64,000 nucleotides of DNA, from contig NW_027191476.1 in the NCBI RefSeq assembly GCF_011745625.1, positions 248,001-312,000 on the forward strand, in the 5' to 3' direction. The position numbers and the translations under genes were made by a program. Position 1 is the first letter of the stretch; every line of letters starts with the position of its first letter. The notes beneath the pieces are model-generated. The model made no database searches, was not told the DNA's origin, and saw only the letters and a program-made list of their open reading frames with translations. This DNA is from Cladosporium halotolerans. Lineage: Eukaryota. Shown in pieces: positions 23,404 to 35,190 of this stretch.

Positions 23404-25506
23404 ATGGCGACCACCAAAACAAACCCTCCGGCCTCAGGCCCCTTCCTCAGCGCCCTCGGCACCTCCCCCGCCTCTTTTCTGCAGCCCAACCTCCCCCTGC
23501 ACACCGACACGCTGGCCTACCTGAAGCACGCTCTAGACCCCGTCGCGCTGGACGTCAGCGCCGCGCAGCAGGCGCGGCTGCATGAGGCGCGCAAGAAGCG
23601 CAAGCGCGGCGAGGCCGTGGACGAGGAGGATGTGCTACGGCTGAAGCAGGTGCACACGCGGGGGTTTGGCGCGCAGCAGGTCTGGGAGCAGGTGAGGAGG
23701 GTTGTGGAGGCGGTGGGGAGGGAGGTTGAAGGCGCTGTGGAGCAGGCGGAAGCGAGAGAGGAGGGTGGGGAGGACGATGGGGAGAGCGAGAGTGAGCTTG
23801 GGGAGGAGGGGGTTGATTGGACTTATGAGGGGGATGATGTTGATGTTGATGGAGAGGGAGACGAGGAGGAGGGAAGTGAAGATGAGGAGATGGGCGACGG
23901 GGAGGACATGCAGGACGACTATGAGGAGGACGATGATATCGATATGGGCAATGAGGATTTCGATGAGGATGAGGACCGCGAGGAGCCTGCGGAGGACTTT
24001 GTTGAAGACAAGTTTGGGCTTAACGATGGCTTCTTCTCGATTGATCAGTTCAACAAGCAGTCTGAATTCATGGAGCAGCAAGACGCTCGTGGCGAAGACG
24101 ATGCTGCTAGCGACGAGGAGGATATCGATTGGGATGCAGATCCATCGGCGATGGCACAGGGTGCCGATGGCGCCGAAGGTGCTGCAGACGCGGAGTCCGA
24201 CGAGGAGGACGAAGAGGACGGCCCGACCTTTGGCGACCCCGACGCGCCGAGTGAGGATGAGGACGAGGAACTCGAGGGCGGCGAGATGGATCTTGGTGGC
24301 ATGGGCAACACCAACAACGTCATGTACGCCGACTTCTTCGCGCCGCCTGCTCAGAAGCACAGAAAGAACAAGAAGGGACGGCCGAACCCACATAACTTCC
24401 CTGCGAAGTCGGCAGCGAAGGACGATGAGAACGAAGACGGCAAGGACGATGACATGAATCGCACCATGGAGGCTGTCCACCGCGATCTGTTCGAAGACGA
24501 ATCTGAGGAGGAGGATGAGCATGACCAGGAAGATCTCGACCCTGCAGACCCTCGCTCAAGACGTTCAGCACATGAGCGTAGGAGAGCTGCTCTCCAAGAG
24601 GAGATTCGTAAGCTCGAAGCCGCCAACGTTGCGAAGAGAGAATGGACATTGTCCGGTGAGGCAAGAGCGGCCGACCGACCTATGAACTCTTTGCTCGAGG
24701 AGGATCTTGACTTCGAGCGCGCCGGCAAGCCCGTGCCTGTGATCACCGCTGAGATTAGCGAGAGCCTCGAGGAGCTCATCAAGCGCCGCATTCTCGCCCA
24801 CGACTTCCAAGATATCATCCGCCGACGCCCTGACGACCTCGCTACTGGAAACGGCCGCAGAGGTCAGCTCGATTTCGAGCTCGACAACAACAAGAGCAAG
24901 AAGGGTCTCGCCGAGGAGTACGAAGAGGAGCATCTCCGCAACACCGACCCCAACTTCGTCGACGCGAAAGACGAGAAGCAGGCCAAGGAGGAGAAGGAGA
25001 TCGAGGCGCTCTGGCGTGAAGTCTCGGCCAACCTCGACAGCCTCAGCTCGTGGCACTTCAAGCCCAAGCGCCCCGAAGCGCAGCTCGACATACGCGTCGA
25101 CGCTCCCACTATTACGATGGAAGATGCCAGGCCCAATGCCGGTGGCGAGGTTGCTGGTGCCAGCCAGCTCGCACCGCAGGAGATCTACAAGGCTGGCGAG
25201 GCTGCCAAGGGCAACGGCGCAGAAGTTGTGGGTAAGAGCGGCCTACCTGCTGGTCGCGAGGAGCTCACCAGAGAAGAGAAGAAGCGCAGGCGGAACCGCG
25301 AGAAGGAAAGGAGCCGCAAGGCTGGTGCCAACGCGCCGGCCAAGCCGGAGAGCAAGGGCAAGAAGGACAAGAAGGACATGCTGGGCGACCTCAAGAGAGG
25401 TGGCGTCAAGGTCATTGGCAACAAGGGCGAAATGAAGGATGTGGAGGGCAACAAGGTCCGGTCAGCAGATGGTGGTTCGCAGGGAGCGTCGAGGTTCAAG
25501 CTGTAA
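23404..25506 (+). CDS. MPP10: U3 snoRNP / SSU processome protein Mpp10
   Basis: Intronless 700-aa ORF, highly acidic N-half; GLNDGFFSID, WTLSGEARAADRPMNSLLEEDLDFE, LDSLSSWHFKPK, LAPQEIY, C-terminal FKL. Confidence 0.95.
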   Translation: MATTKTNPPASGPFLSALGTSPASFLQPNLPLHTDTLAYLKHALDPVALDVSAAQQARLHEARKKRKRGEAVDEEDVLRLKQVHTRGFGAQQVWEQVRRVVEAVGREVEGAVEQAEAREEGGEDDGESESELGEEGVDWTYEGDDVDVDGEGDEEEGSEDEEMGDGEDMQDDYEEDDDIDMGNEDFDEDEDREEPAEDFVEDKFGLNDGFFSIDQFNKQSEFMEQQDARGEDDAASDEEDIDWDADPSAMAQGADGAEGAADAESDEEDEEDGPTFGDPDAPSEDEDEELEGGEMDLGGMGNTNNVMYADFFAPPAQKHRKNKKGRPNPHNFPAKSAAKDDENEDGKDDDMNRTMEAVHRDLFEDESEEEDEHDQEDLDPADPRSRRSAHERRRAALQEEIRKLEAANVAKREWTLSGEARAADRPMNSLLEEDLDFERAGKPVPVITAEISESLEELIKRRILAHDFQDIIRRRPDDLATGNGRRGQLDFELDNNKSKKGLAEEYEEEHLRNTDPNFVDAKDEKQAKEEKEIEALWREVSANLDSLSSWHFKPKRPEAQLDIRVDAPTITMEDARPNAGGEVAGASQLAPQEIYKAGEAAKGNGAEVVGKSGLPAGREELTREEKKRRRNREKERSRKAGANAPAKPESKGKKDKKDMLGDLKRGGVKVIGNKGEMKDVEGNKVRSADGGSQGASRFKL

Positions 25507-26274
25507 AAAGTGTAAGGTGGTTTAGGTTTCGCGTAGCAACGCTTTGTTGCGTGTGTATCAATTTCAAGGTTCTGTCCAGTCTGCCTCCGATACTTGCAGT
25601 TTTCGAGCGTGTAATTGCTTGCACATGTCAATTTCGAGAGGGCCCAGCTCCAGTAACACGTGCTTGACGAATGGAGGTGTAACAATATGCCTGAGGCTGA
25701 TCAGCAGCGCTATCACATGCTCGCGTTCATGCATGAGGTCTGGTGCGCGGGCGCCAGTGACGCAGCTTTGTGGGGAAGGAAGGCAGGCGCGACCCAATGC
25801 TCCTGCCTTTATAGCGCCCTCCGCATATCGCCTCGATCGCCCGCTGCCTCAACTTCTGTACACACACTCTGCACTGACACTGCGCATATCCGCAATCAGT
25901 GAGAAACACTCAGACCACTCAGACCACTCGAGCACTTGACCGCTGCTGCTGCGCGATTTACTACCACGGACGAGCTTCCTTACTGACCTCACCTCCCTCA
26001 GGCACCTCCCCGCGGCTACGAGACTCGCCTCGCCTCCCGACAGGCGAGTCTCCACGGCCAACACCCCGCCGTTCGAGACCTCACCACTCGACGGCGGCAC
26101 GTGGAGCTGTAGCAGCCCCCCGGAGACCTCACCAGCGCAAGCGCACGACAAGACACCCTACCGACTGGCGATACTAGAGCTGTGGAGTGCCGTCCTCGCT
26201 TCCACCCACCCAGACCAGCATACCAGCGCAGTCCACTTAGCGACTGACCACAAGAGCGAGTCCCACCAGGCTTC

Positions 26275-26304
26275 ATGGAGCGCCTCTTAAGGCCGCTCCA
26301 TTGA
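26275..26304 (+). promoter_or_regulatory. 9-codon uORF (MERLLRPLH*) embedded in a hairpin upstream of a mitochondrial carrier
   Basis: ATG GAG CGC CTC TTA AGG CCG CTC CAT TGA, ending 25 nt before the main ATG 26330; inverted repeat 26268-26310. Confidence 0.5.
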
Positions 26305-26329
26305 AGGCCTTTACGACACCACAGTGACC

Positions 26330-27488
26330 ATGCCGGACGAGGGCAGCAACACCGGGCCAAACCGTGGCAGCAGCATCTTCGCGATCCACCTCAATAAGGA
26401 CGCAAAGCTCTTCGCTAAAAAATACCGCACCGAAATCTCCGCGTCGACTAGCAGCGTGCTTAGTACGTTCGTTGCGTTCCCGCTGGATTTTGCAAAGAGT
26501 CGCATGCAGAGTTATGACAGCACCTTCACGTCCACCGTGAGAGATGCCTACAAAGCCGAAGGGTTGCGTGCATTCTGGAGAGGTGTACTGCCACCGATGA
26601 TCTCCGTGACTGTCGTAAGAACAATCAGCTTCAGTCTTTACCAGAGGGCCAAGTACGCGGCGGACAAAAGCATCACCAAGCTTACTGGCAAGAGTCCTCT
26701 GGCCCTCGCAAACGCTCCAAACAGCTACCCAAACCTGTACACTCTCAGTTGCTTTGGATCCGCTGGTGCTGTCGCGGGTGCATTCATTACCACGATCTCA
26801 TGCCCTTTCGAGCTGACGAAACTCAACGAGCAGCTTGCTGGCAAGATGCTGCGCGAGGCGAACCTCGCTAAGGAAGCTGCGCTCAAAGCTGGGAAGCCGC
26901 CGCCTCCACCGCCAGCTGTCGACTTGCACAAGACCGGCTCCCTGCACACCGCGCGTCGCCTGATCAACGAGCGCGGAATTTCTGGCCTCTATTCTGGATA
27001 TCGCCTTCACCTGCTTCGCGACACCATCGGCACCGCGATCTACTTCATGACGTACGAGAGCGCCAAGCAGCTCCTCGCCAACGCGCGCGGCCGCGAGCCG
27101 ACAAGCCCCTACGCCGTCGTCGTTGCCGGAGGCCTATGTGGTATTGTCTCATGGGCCTGTATATATCCGGTGGACGTGGCCAAGACGCTGTACCAGAAGG
27201 CGCTGCTTACGGCCGGCGCGGAGAAGGTGGTGCGCCCACCGATCCAGTTCTTCGCGTTCGGCTCGTACAGAGGTAAGTTGACCCTTCCTACCCCGGTGTC
27301 GTCGCGCCCAGCGCGAACGGCATCGTGTCCCGTTTGCGAGAAAAGAGTCTCACACACTGATCCGGCATTCAGCAGGTCTCGGCGTTTCGGTGCTCCGCTC
27401 GTGCGTCGTCAACATGATCTTCTTCAGCAACTTCGAGATGATGAAGAAGCGCATCAACGTGTTGGATGTCGACAAGGACGACGAGTAG
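26330..27488 (+). CDS. Mitochondrial carrier family (SLC25) protein, substrate unknown
   Basis: Three PX[D/E]XX[K/R] signatures (FPLDFAK, CPFELTK, YPVDVAK). Intron 27273-27375 restores YRGLGVSVLRSCVVNMIFF...DDE*. Confidence 0.9.
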
Positions 27489-27889
27489 GGCTGTACGTAG
27501 TTTAATCAAAGCATCGGCTTGAACGCCGATTTCACGACAGACCAACGTGACAATTGACAGTGCACGTGATGGTACCTGCTCCGTGAGGACGAAGAGAGGG
27601 GTGAACCCGAACTGATCATTTACACCTCGTGCGCCATGTACCAGCATTGCGACTGACGACGAGCGCGGTGATAGCTGCTCGATGGCGACTGGGAAAGGCC
27701 TGAAACTAACCTTATACGTGTCATGTACCCCATCTCAGACCAGCATGACTGTCAGCGATACTTACAAAGGTAGTCACAAAACGCGTGCAGTGAAGAGTAT
27801 CAATCCCACAAGACACCTAACCATTCACCAAGACATTTAAGCACCACGATTGACCACAGGCATGACCATAGCAGCTCGGCGCGCACGGA

Positions 27890-28330
27890 GAAAAGAGCGG
27901 TCCAGGGTGACGATCAGAAACCTTTCCACGGCATACCGACACAGAAATGAACACGGAACGCTCCATAGTAACGGAGAAAGGCATCGCTTGTAACCGACCA
28001 ACCAACCCAGAACTCGTTCTTTACCGTGTACCAGCACGAGTAGTCACAACATCCGCGAGCCAGCCACTGCCGAGGTACACCTAGGCCGTTCAAGGCGCAG
28101 CAGCTGCGCGGTCCGTCCGCCAGCGCCGCGAAGACACAAGAGCATGGATCCGCCGTGGCTGTAGTATTGAGCGATGGGAAGACGCTGCTAGCGGACAAGT
28201 TCAAGATGTCTACGCCGAAGGCCCTGCGCCTCCTTGACCACCGACGCTTCGCTTTCGCCTCGGTTAGGAAGGGCCACAGCGTGGCGGATAGTATTTGGAG
28301 AAAGACGGCAAACTGGATGTGTCTTGCAAT
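27890..28330 (+). pseudogene. Possible heavily decayed BTB/POZ-domain gene remnant
   Basis: Fragments in shifting frames (VQGDDQKPFH, FFTVYQHE*, LLADKFKM) occur in the order expected for fungal BTB proteins; many stops and frameshifts. Confidence 0.25.
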
Positions 28331-28900
28331 GCAGACCGGCAGGATTGTTGGTCATGGTCTTGATAAGAGCTGCTCGGTGGGCAAGGAGAAGAAGGCCAGC
28401 CTTACAATAGTCGTGGTCTTCACGGTAGGACTGCACAAGGGACGACTGTGTGCGTGATGATAGCTGTGGGAAAGGTTTTGCGATTGCAGGGAAAGGCGGC
28501 TCGGAACCGGTAGGAGGTGCTCAGAGGCACGACACGGAGAACGAGCAAATAAAGCAGTGTTTTACCGAAGCCTATATTTCTACCTGGCTCCAATGCTTTC
28601 GCCGCAAAAGGAGTGTGTATAGTTGGGACCAAAGTCAAGAGCCAAAAGATGTGCTGACCTGGAGCGCCCGACCCCACCTATCCTACATCAGAAGTTGGAT
28701 TCGATGCGGGAGTAATAGGAAATGCCATGTTGGGCCCTCAGTGTTGAAATGGAGAACGACGCGGCAAGATAGTCTCCAGGTCAATTCACGCATGCTTGTT
28801 ATGAAGCACTTTTCTGAGCCAATCGCTCACAGCCAACTTCTATCGAAAGGTTGAGCTCTCTCAAAGTCATTCTCCAAAAGACGACAAAGGACCCGACAGC

Positions 28901-31900
28901 TTAAGCCATCGAGCTCTTATCGTCCTCCGTAACGCTTCCAGCATCCGCCTGCCTGCGCACGGCGCGCTTGCGAGCCATGCGGCGCTTGATCGCCTTCCAG
29001 CTCTCGACGAGCGAAACGAAGCAAATAACGCTGCCCGCAACAAGACCCCACTCCCACGTCAGCGGCATGTGCCTGAAAACAACCTTGTTGATGACAGGAA
29101 TATACACGATGGGGAACGGCGTGCAAACGCCGACGCAGACGGCGTAGAACAGGAACTTGTTCTTGAGCAGGGTGTTGAAGACGGAGAAGGTGCTGGGGTC
29201 CTCCTCGGGGTACATGTTGAACAGGCTGCGGTTGAGGTGCTTGGCCTCCCAGGCCATGATGCTGAGCAGGACGGTGAGGATGCTGTAAGCCGTGCCGCGG
29301 GCGCGGAAGGGCAGGTCGCAGGTGCTGTTGTAGCTGTGGTTGCAGTCGAGGCCGAGGTCGCCGTCGCCGACGCCGTAGGCGACGATCACGAAGCTGATCA
29401 GGCACAGGCTGCCCATGCAGGTGCCGTAGATGAATTTGTCGACGATGAGCTCCTTCGTGAAGACGCCGGCGCGCAGTGAGTGGGGCGGGCGGGACATGAC
29501 GTCTGAGGAGGCTTCTTCGAGGCCGAGGCCGATGGCGAGGAAGGAGGATGTGATGAGGTTGGCGAAGAGAATTTCGAGGGGGGAGAGCGGGAAGGCGGAG
29601 ACGCCATTGGAATCTTTGAAGGCGAGACCAATGAGGAGGAGGACGACCTGGGCGATGTTGGAGATTAGAAGGTGGAGGAGGAACTGGATACAAGTTAGCG
29701 TGGGTAAAGTAATGGAAAAGCTGATCGAACATGCCTTCTGAATATTGTCGAAGAGCCTACGACCTTCACGGATAGCGGAAACGATGGAAGCGAAGTTATC
29801 GTCAGTGAGCACCATGTCGGCAGCTTCTTTACTGACGTCGCTACCGTTGAGACCCATAGCAACACCCACATCAGCGCCTTTCAACGCTGGCGAGTCGTTG
29901 ACACCATCACCAGTCATGACACAGTATTTGCCTCTGCGGTGAAGGGTGTCGAGCATGCGAAGCTTCGTGGTCGGGCTGCATCGAGCAACGACCAAAGGTA
30001 GAACTGCAAGCTCGTCAAGCTGGGTGTCGCTCAAGGCGTCAAACTCCGGTGCCGTCATGACAGCCGACGGGAGGTTCGAGCCGGGAACGTGAGGACCAAG
30101 GATACCGATTTCTCGGGCGATGGTAGTGGCCGTCTTCAAGTGGTCGCCTGTCAACATGTGGACAGTGATGCCGGCTGCCTGACACTGTTTGATGGCGCCG
30201 GCAGACTCTAAGCGAGGTGGGTCGTAGAGACCAACGAGACCAACAAAGGTGAGCTTCTGTTCAACGAAGTTGCGATCTTTGGAGGCGTCCCGGTCAGATG
30301 AGGCGAGGGTTCTGCGGGCAAGACACAGCACGCGGAGACCCAGAGAGGCCATTGCGTCTGCCTGGGCGTTAATGCCCTTCTTGGCGACGGCATCCAGAGA
30401 TTCAATTAGAGGTAGAATGACTTCTGTAGCTCCCTTGGTGAAGCAAGAAAGCTCTGAGTCGGCTTGTGTTTCATACACGACAGTCATGCGCTTTACGGAA
30501 GAGTCGAATCCATGTTCGGCAACAAGGTTATAGCCTTGCTCCGAAAGGACGGCTGCCTTGCTTTGACCAACACGCATAGCCATGACCTGAAGAGCGATCT
30601 CAGTGGGCTCGCCAGTCGCGGACCACGCGCCGGCAGCCCCATCGCCTTCTTTGGGTGGGAAGACAGAGGCCAGGTTGCAGACTGAGATGGTTTGGAAGAA
30701 ATCAGAGACGTTGGCGTCCCAGGAGATACGCTCCTGCTCAAGTTTGACGCCGTCCATAATGACTTGGCCGGAGGTCGGGTCAAATGGACTAGTCTCTTTC
30801 TCGACAGTCAGAGTCCGGCCGTCTGCAAGATACGCTTTGCGAGCAAGCATTTTGCCCTGCGTCAGCGTGCCCGTCTTGTCGGAACAAATTGACGTTACGC
30901 CTCCGATAGCTTCAAGAGCGCCCATCTTGCGGACGATGACGTTGCCGCGCGCCATTGCTTTGCTACCGACAGCCATGGTGATCGTGAGGACGGCGATGAG
31001 AGATTCTGGAATGACAGCCACAGCGACACAGATACCATAGATGAGGGTTTCGCCATCGATATCCCACAGAGCCGTGGAGAAGACGATGATGGCAAGGAGA
31101 ATGGCGAGACCGAAGAGCAGTAGACCAAAGTATGAGAGCTTCACTTGGAGAGGAGTGCCAACGAGGCCGAGGGCATTCTTGATGGAGTACAAGACACGTT
31201 TGCCGGCCCTTACGAAGAAGTTTCCGTCCGTAGTCTGCTTCTTGTCACGGAGAAGTAAGGCGATTTTGCCGATTTCGGTAGACATGCCTGTGGCGATGAC
31301 CACACCAGATCCTCTACCGCGGGTGACAGTTGTGGAGGAGTAGGCGATGTTGTGTCGGTCTCCGAGAGGTGCGGAGACCTCGTCAATGATGCCATCGGCG
31401 CCCTTGCTACATGGCTTTGATTCTCCGGTAAGGAGAGCCTCGTCAGTGGCAAGGTTGGTACTAGTGCAGAGACGCAGATCTGCCGAGACAATGTCGCCAA
31501 CAGACAGTTGGACGATATCACCGGGAACCAGTTCATCGGCTTTCACTGTTGAAATGGTGCCATCGTCACGAACGACTTTGCAGACAGGGGCGGCCATGGC
31601 TTGGAGGGACTGGATGGTTTGTTCGGCACGATAGTCTTGCCAGAAGCCGACGACGATGTTCAAGACGATGACAGCAGTGATCACACCGCCTTCAATGAAG
31701 TCGAGTGTGGCGTAACTGAGGACCATGGCAATCACGAGGACAAGCGTCAAGCTGTTAGAGACCTGGCGGACGAGGATATTCCACCAGGTGACGGCGCCCG
31801 AGGCCTCGAGCTTGTTGCGACCATATTTCTCACGACGCGTGGATGCTTCGTGGGTGGTCAAACCAGCTCTGACGCTACGTTAGCAATGTGCTTTCAGTCA

Positions 31901-32218
31901 ATAGATGCAATATGGTAGTCCTCACTGTATGTTGGAGCCAAGGAGGCGTGCAACTTGCTCGAAGGGCACAGTGTGGGCCCACGTGGGGACATTGTCGATA
32001 TCATGGCTGTTGTTGCCAGTATCAAGAGGGGTGTTTTGGATGCGAGCTCCAATCGGTTTCTCATTCAAGAGCACAGTGCCCTTGCCGATTGAGCTCGCGT
32101 TCGGTATAGGCGGCTTGTCGGCGCCGCCATCGTCAGCGGCCGGTTGCAAGCCATCGCCGAGTCGAGTCTGAGCGCCGGACTCAACATGCTGCGCGGAAAT
32201 CTGAACAGGTTTTTCCAT
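28901..32218 (-). CDS. ENA1: ENA-type (P2D) Na+/K+-exporting P-type ATPase
   Basis: DEALLTGES, IPESLIAVLTITMAVG, ICSDKTGTLT, MLTGDH, MTGDGVNDSP, LSPLEIL. ATG 32218; introns 31869-31925 (GT-AG) and 29684-29734 (GC-AG). Confidence 0.92.
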
Positions 32219-32468
32219 AAATTGATGACAAGTACGAGCGAAACGACGGCTCCGAAGATGACCTATGGGTGGACGAGGGGGATTATTCAGAGGTCGCACC
32301 GCGGGGTCCTTATGGCTGTCAGCAACATTCACCTTGGTCACGAGGACAAGCTCTGTGGTGGAGCTCCTACGTTTACCAGGCTCGCGGCATTGTCTGGGCA
32401 GTCCCCTCTATTTGCTGGGGAGAGCTGGGGAAAGCTGGAGCAGCCATGCTAGACTGGCACGCTGCCAA

Positions 32469-32868
32469 CTTGGCGCGCATCATGCGAGGGGTTCCGGTAC
32501 AAAGCGCACGCCGAATCCGTGCGCCGGCAAACAGAGCCTGCGGTTTGCTGTGCACAATTGATTGCTGCCGTCGACGACAAAGGCGGGCGCTTGCGGACTT
32601 TGTCCGAGCCCCGCGCCCAAGGCCGTTCGTTTGCGTGAACAAGCCATTCAACAATGCACCTCCAAGACCGCGTAGCGTGGCGCAGCGTACAGCTTGACTC
32701 CGAAACAGTCACCGGAAGCCATTGCCAAGTAGCCTTCGTCCTCAACCATTCCGATAAGCAGCTTGCCATGCCCGTTTGTGAACATTCTAGGCCCAGCAGC
32801 TCACAGCATGTCCTGTACGTGGCTCCACACATGGGAGCATCAAGAGCGCTTTGCTATGCTGAGCCAAG
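32469..32868. promoter_or_regulatory. Three PacC/Rim101 GCCARG sites in the divergent ENA-PCS60 intergenic region
   Basis: CTTGGC 32469-32474, TGCCAAG 32723-32729, GCCAAG 32863-32868. Confidence 0.45.
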
Positions 32869-33654
32869 CTTGACACGTATTGAAGGTTGGCGTTGTTCAC
32901 GTTGGCATTTCGCATCGGGTAAAGTGGACGTGAGAAGAGTGCACGCGGTGAATCGAGCCCAATAGTTGAAGCCACGGTGCAGGGGTTGCAGTAGAAAGGA
33001 TGTACCACGTGATGCGACATGATGCCGGAGGCATACCGGCATACAGACGGGTTGGCAAGCGAGCTCACTCGACGCATGTTACGTCGCCCGTGCCGTGCAT
33101 GCCTCTGTGCTTGCGTCCCGTGGTTGCAAAGGTGTCAAACGAGGAATGCGGCGTGAAGTTGGTACCGGTATGTATCGAGGCTCGTCAAGATGATAAACAG
33201 ATGATGTATCGGCGGAACATGACGGACGAATCGGGAATGTACCTATCAGAGTCGCCTCTGTGTACTCATAACTTAGTCAGCCATTGATGCAACGCGTCCG
33301 GAAACGCTTCCACCTTCAGAGGCGGAGATGCTTCGAAAAGCAGTTCTCGAAACATGTCGGCTGCCTCGGACTGCAAGGGCAATCGGAGGTCCGCTCGAGC
33401 CGCTGATGATCAGTTTCGCTGACAGCAATCATCCCACTCTTCCGCACTAGCCGCAGCTTATTACTGGACAACGCTATCAAAAGGGTCCTGCCTCGCCTCT
33501 CACCCGACCCGACCGCGCCCCGTCGTTAATGTTAGCACGACATCGATAGGCAACCGGCAGGTAGGTGTATGCCGTCCACTTTCTTTTTCCCACCAATACC
33601 TTTGCCTGAGTCCGTCAATTCTATCCCTTCGCAACATCAATAATTCCGCCCACC

Positions 33655-35190
33655 ATGAGCACGCTGCGGGATAGCATCCAGGACGGTTCCTCTACCGCGA
33701 TCATCGTCCCTGGATCGCCGGCTCTCACCATATCATATGCAAAGCTGCGGCAGGACATCCTTGCTTTCCAGCAGAAGCTCGCCAAACTCGGCATCTCTCC
33801 TCAAGCTGCCGTGTCGATCGCCCTCCCGAACAGCTACCCATTTATTGTCGCATTCCTTGCTGCTTCATGGCAACGCGCAATCGCCGCTCCCTTGAACCCG
33901 GCATACAAGCAGTCCGAATTCGAATTTTACATTGATGATCTATCGTCTGCGCTGGTGTTAGTGCCGCAGGGCCAGGCGGAAGGCCCTGCGGTTCAGGCGG
34001 CTAGAAAGTATAATGCGGCAGTTGCGGAGTGCTATCTGGGATCACAAGGCGAGGTTGTTCTGGACGTGAAAGAGCAAGGAAGGCTAGCAGGCCATGGCAA
34101 CCAGAACGTGGCTCAGCCAACTCCGGACGATATCGCGTTGGTGCTGCACACGTCGGGAACCACGGGCAGGCCCAAGGCCGTGCCTCTGACCCACCGCAAC
34201 CTGACGCGGACGATGAAGAACATCCAGGCGACGTACAACCTCACGGCCGCAGACCGCACAATGCTGGTGATGCCGCTGTTCCACGTCCACGGCCTGCTGG
34301 CAGGCTTCCTTGGACCGCTCGCTTCGGGCGGCTCTGTCATCGTGCCGGGTGCTTTCAGTGCCAGCAGCTTCTGGCAGCACTTCACTACACACAAGGCAAA
34401 CTGGTACACCGCGGTGCCCACGATCCACCAGATCTTGCTCAAGTCGCCAAAGCCAAACCCGCTCCCCAACATCCGTTTCATCAGATCATGCAGCTCCCCT
34501 CTCTCCCCCAAGGTCTTCAAAGACCTAGAAGACGCCTTCGGCGCCCCCGTGCTCGAAGCCTACGCCATGACCGAAGCCGCCCACCAAATGACCTCCAACC
34601 CCCTCCCGCCAGCCAAGCGCCAGCCCGGCTCAGTAGGCATCGGCCAGGGCGTTGAGATCAAGATCTTGGACGGCGAAGGCAAGGAAGTGGCGCAAGGCAA
34701 AGAGGCCGAGATCTGCATCCGCGGCGAAAATGTGACCAAGGGCTACCTGAACAACGAGAAAGCCAACAAGGAGTCGCTCACGCAGGACGGCTTCTTCCGC
34801 ACCGGTGACCAGGGAAAGAAGGACCCGGACGGCTATGTTATTATCACTGGCCGTATCAAGGAGCTTATCAACAAGGGTGGTGAGAAGATCTCGCCCATTG
34901 AGCTTGACAATGTGCTCGCGCAGCACCCTGCTGTTTCTGAGGCTGTCTCATTTGCTATCGCCGACGAGCTGTACGGACAGGATATTGGCGTTGCTCTCGT
35001 GCTCAAGGACGGCAGCAAGCTGACGGGAGAGGAGTTGAAGGAGTTCATGCGCCAAAAGGTGGCGAAGTTCAAGGTCCCGAAGAAGGTGTTCTTCACGAAC
35101 GTGATGCCCAAGACGGCGACTGGAAAGATCCAGAGGCGCAATGTGGGAGAGGCGATGCTTGCGCAAGAGAAGCCGAAGGCGAAGTTGTAG
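33655..35190 (+). CDS. PCS60: Peroxisomal acyl-CoA synthetase, oxalate--CoA ligase (Pcs60/Fat2)
   Basis: LHTSGTTGRPKAVPL, MPLFHVHGL, RFIRSCSS, EAYAMTE, FRTGD, PKTATGKIQRR; PTS1 AKL at the C-terminus. Confidence 0.92.
   Translation: MSTLRDSIQDGSSTAIIVPGSPALTISYAKLRQDILAFQQKLAKLGISPQAAVSIALPNSYPFIVAFLAASWQRAIAAPLNPAYKQSEFEFYIDDLSSALVLVPQGQAEGPAVQAARKYNAAVAECYLGSQGEVVLDVKEQGRLAGHGNQNVAQPTPDDIALVLHTSGTTGRPKAVPLTHRNLTRTMKNIQATYNLTAADRTMLVMPLFHVHGLLAGFLGPLASGGSVIVPGAFSASSFWQHFTTHKANWYTAVPTIHQILLKSPKPNPLPNIRFIRSCSSPLSPKVFKDLEDAFGAPVLEAYAMTEAAHQMTSNPLPPAKRQPGSVGIGQGVEIKILDGEGKEVAQGKEAEICIRGENVTKGYLNNEKANKESLTQDGFFRTGDQGKKDPDGYVIITGRIKELINKGGEKISPIELDNVLAQHPAVSEAVSFAIADELYGQDIGVALVLKDGSKLTGEELKEFMRQKVAKFKVPKKVFFTNVMPKTATGKIQRRNVGEAMLAQEKPKAKL

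Noticed and set aside
23635..24522. Long antisense and alternate-frame ORFs over MPP10 (similarly over 273-1100, 18383-19106, 47410-48168, 52493-53452, 55971-56813)
   Set aside because: Shadow ORFs caused by high GC3 and biased codon use of the real genes.
27368..27375. NAGNAG (CAGCAG) tandem acceptor in the carrier intron
   Set aside because: It would add only one codon; common, with no evidence of use.
8400..32218. crzA and its typical target ENA in the same window as a calcium/salt gene cluster
   Set aside because: They are 18 kb apart with unrelated housekeeping genes between, and I found no full GNGGCTGTG-type site in the ENA promoter.
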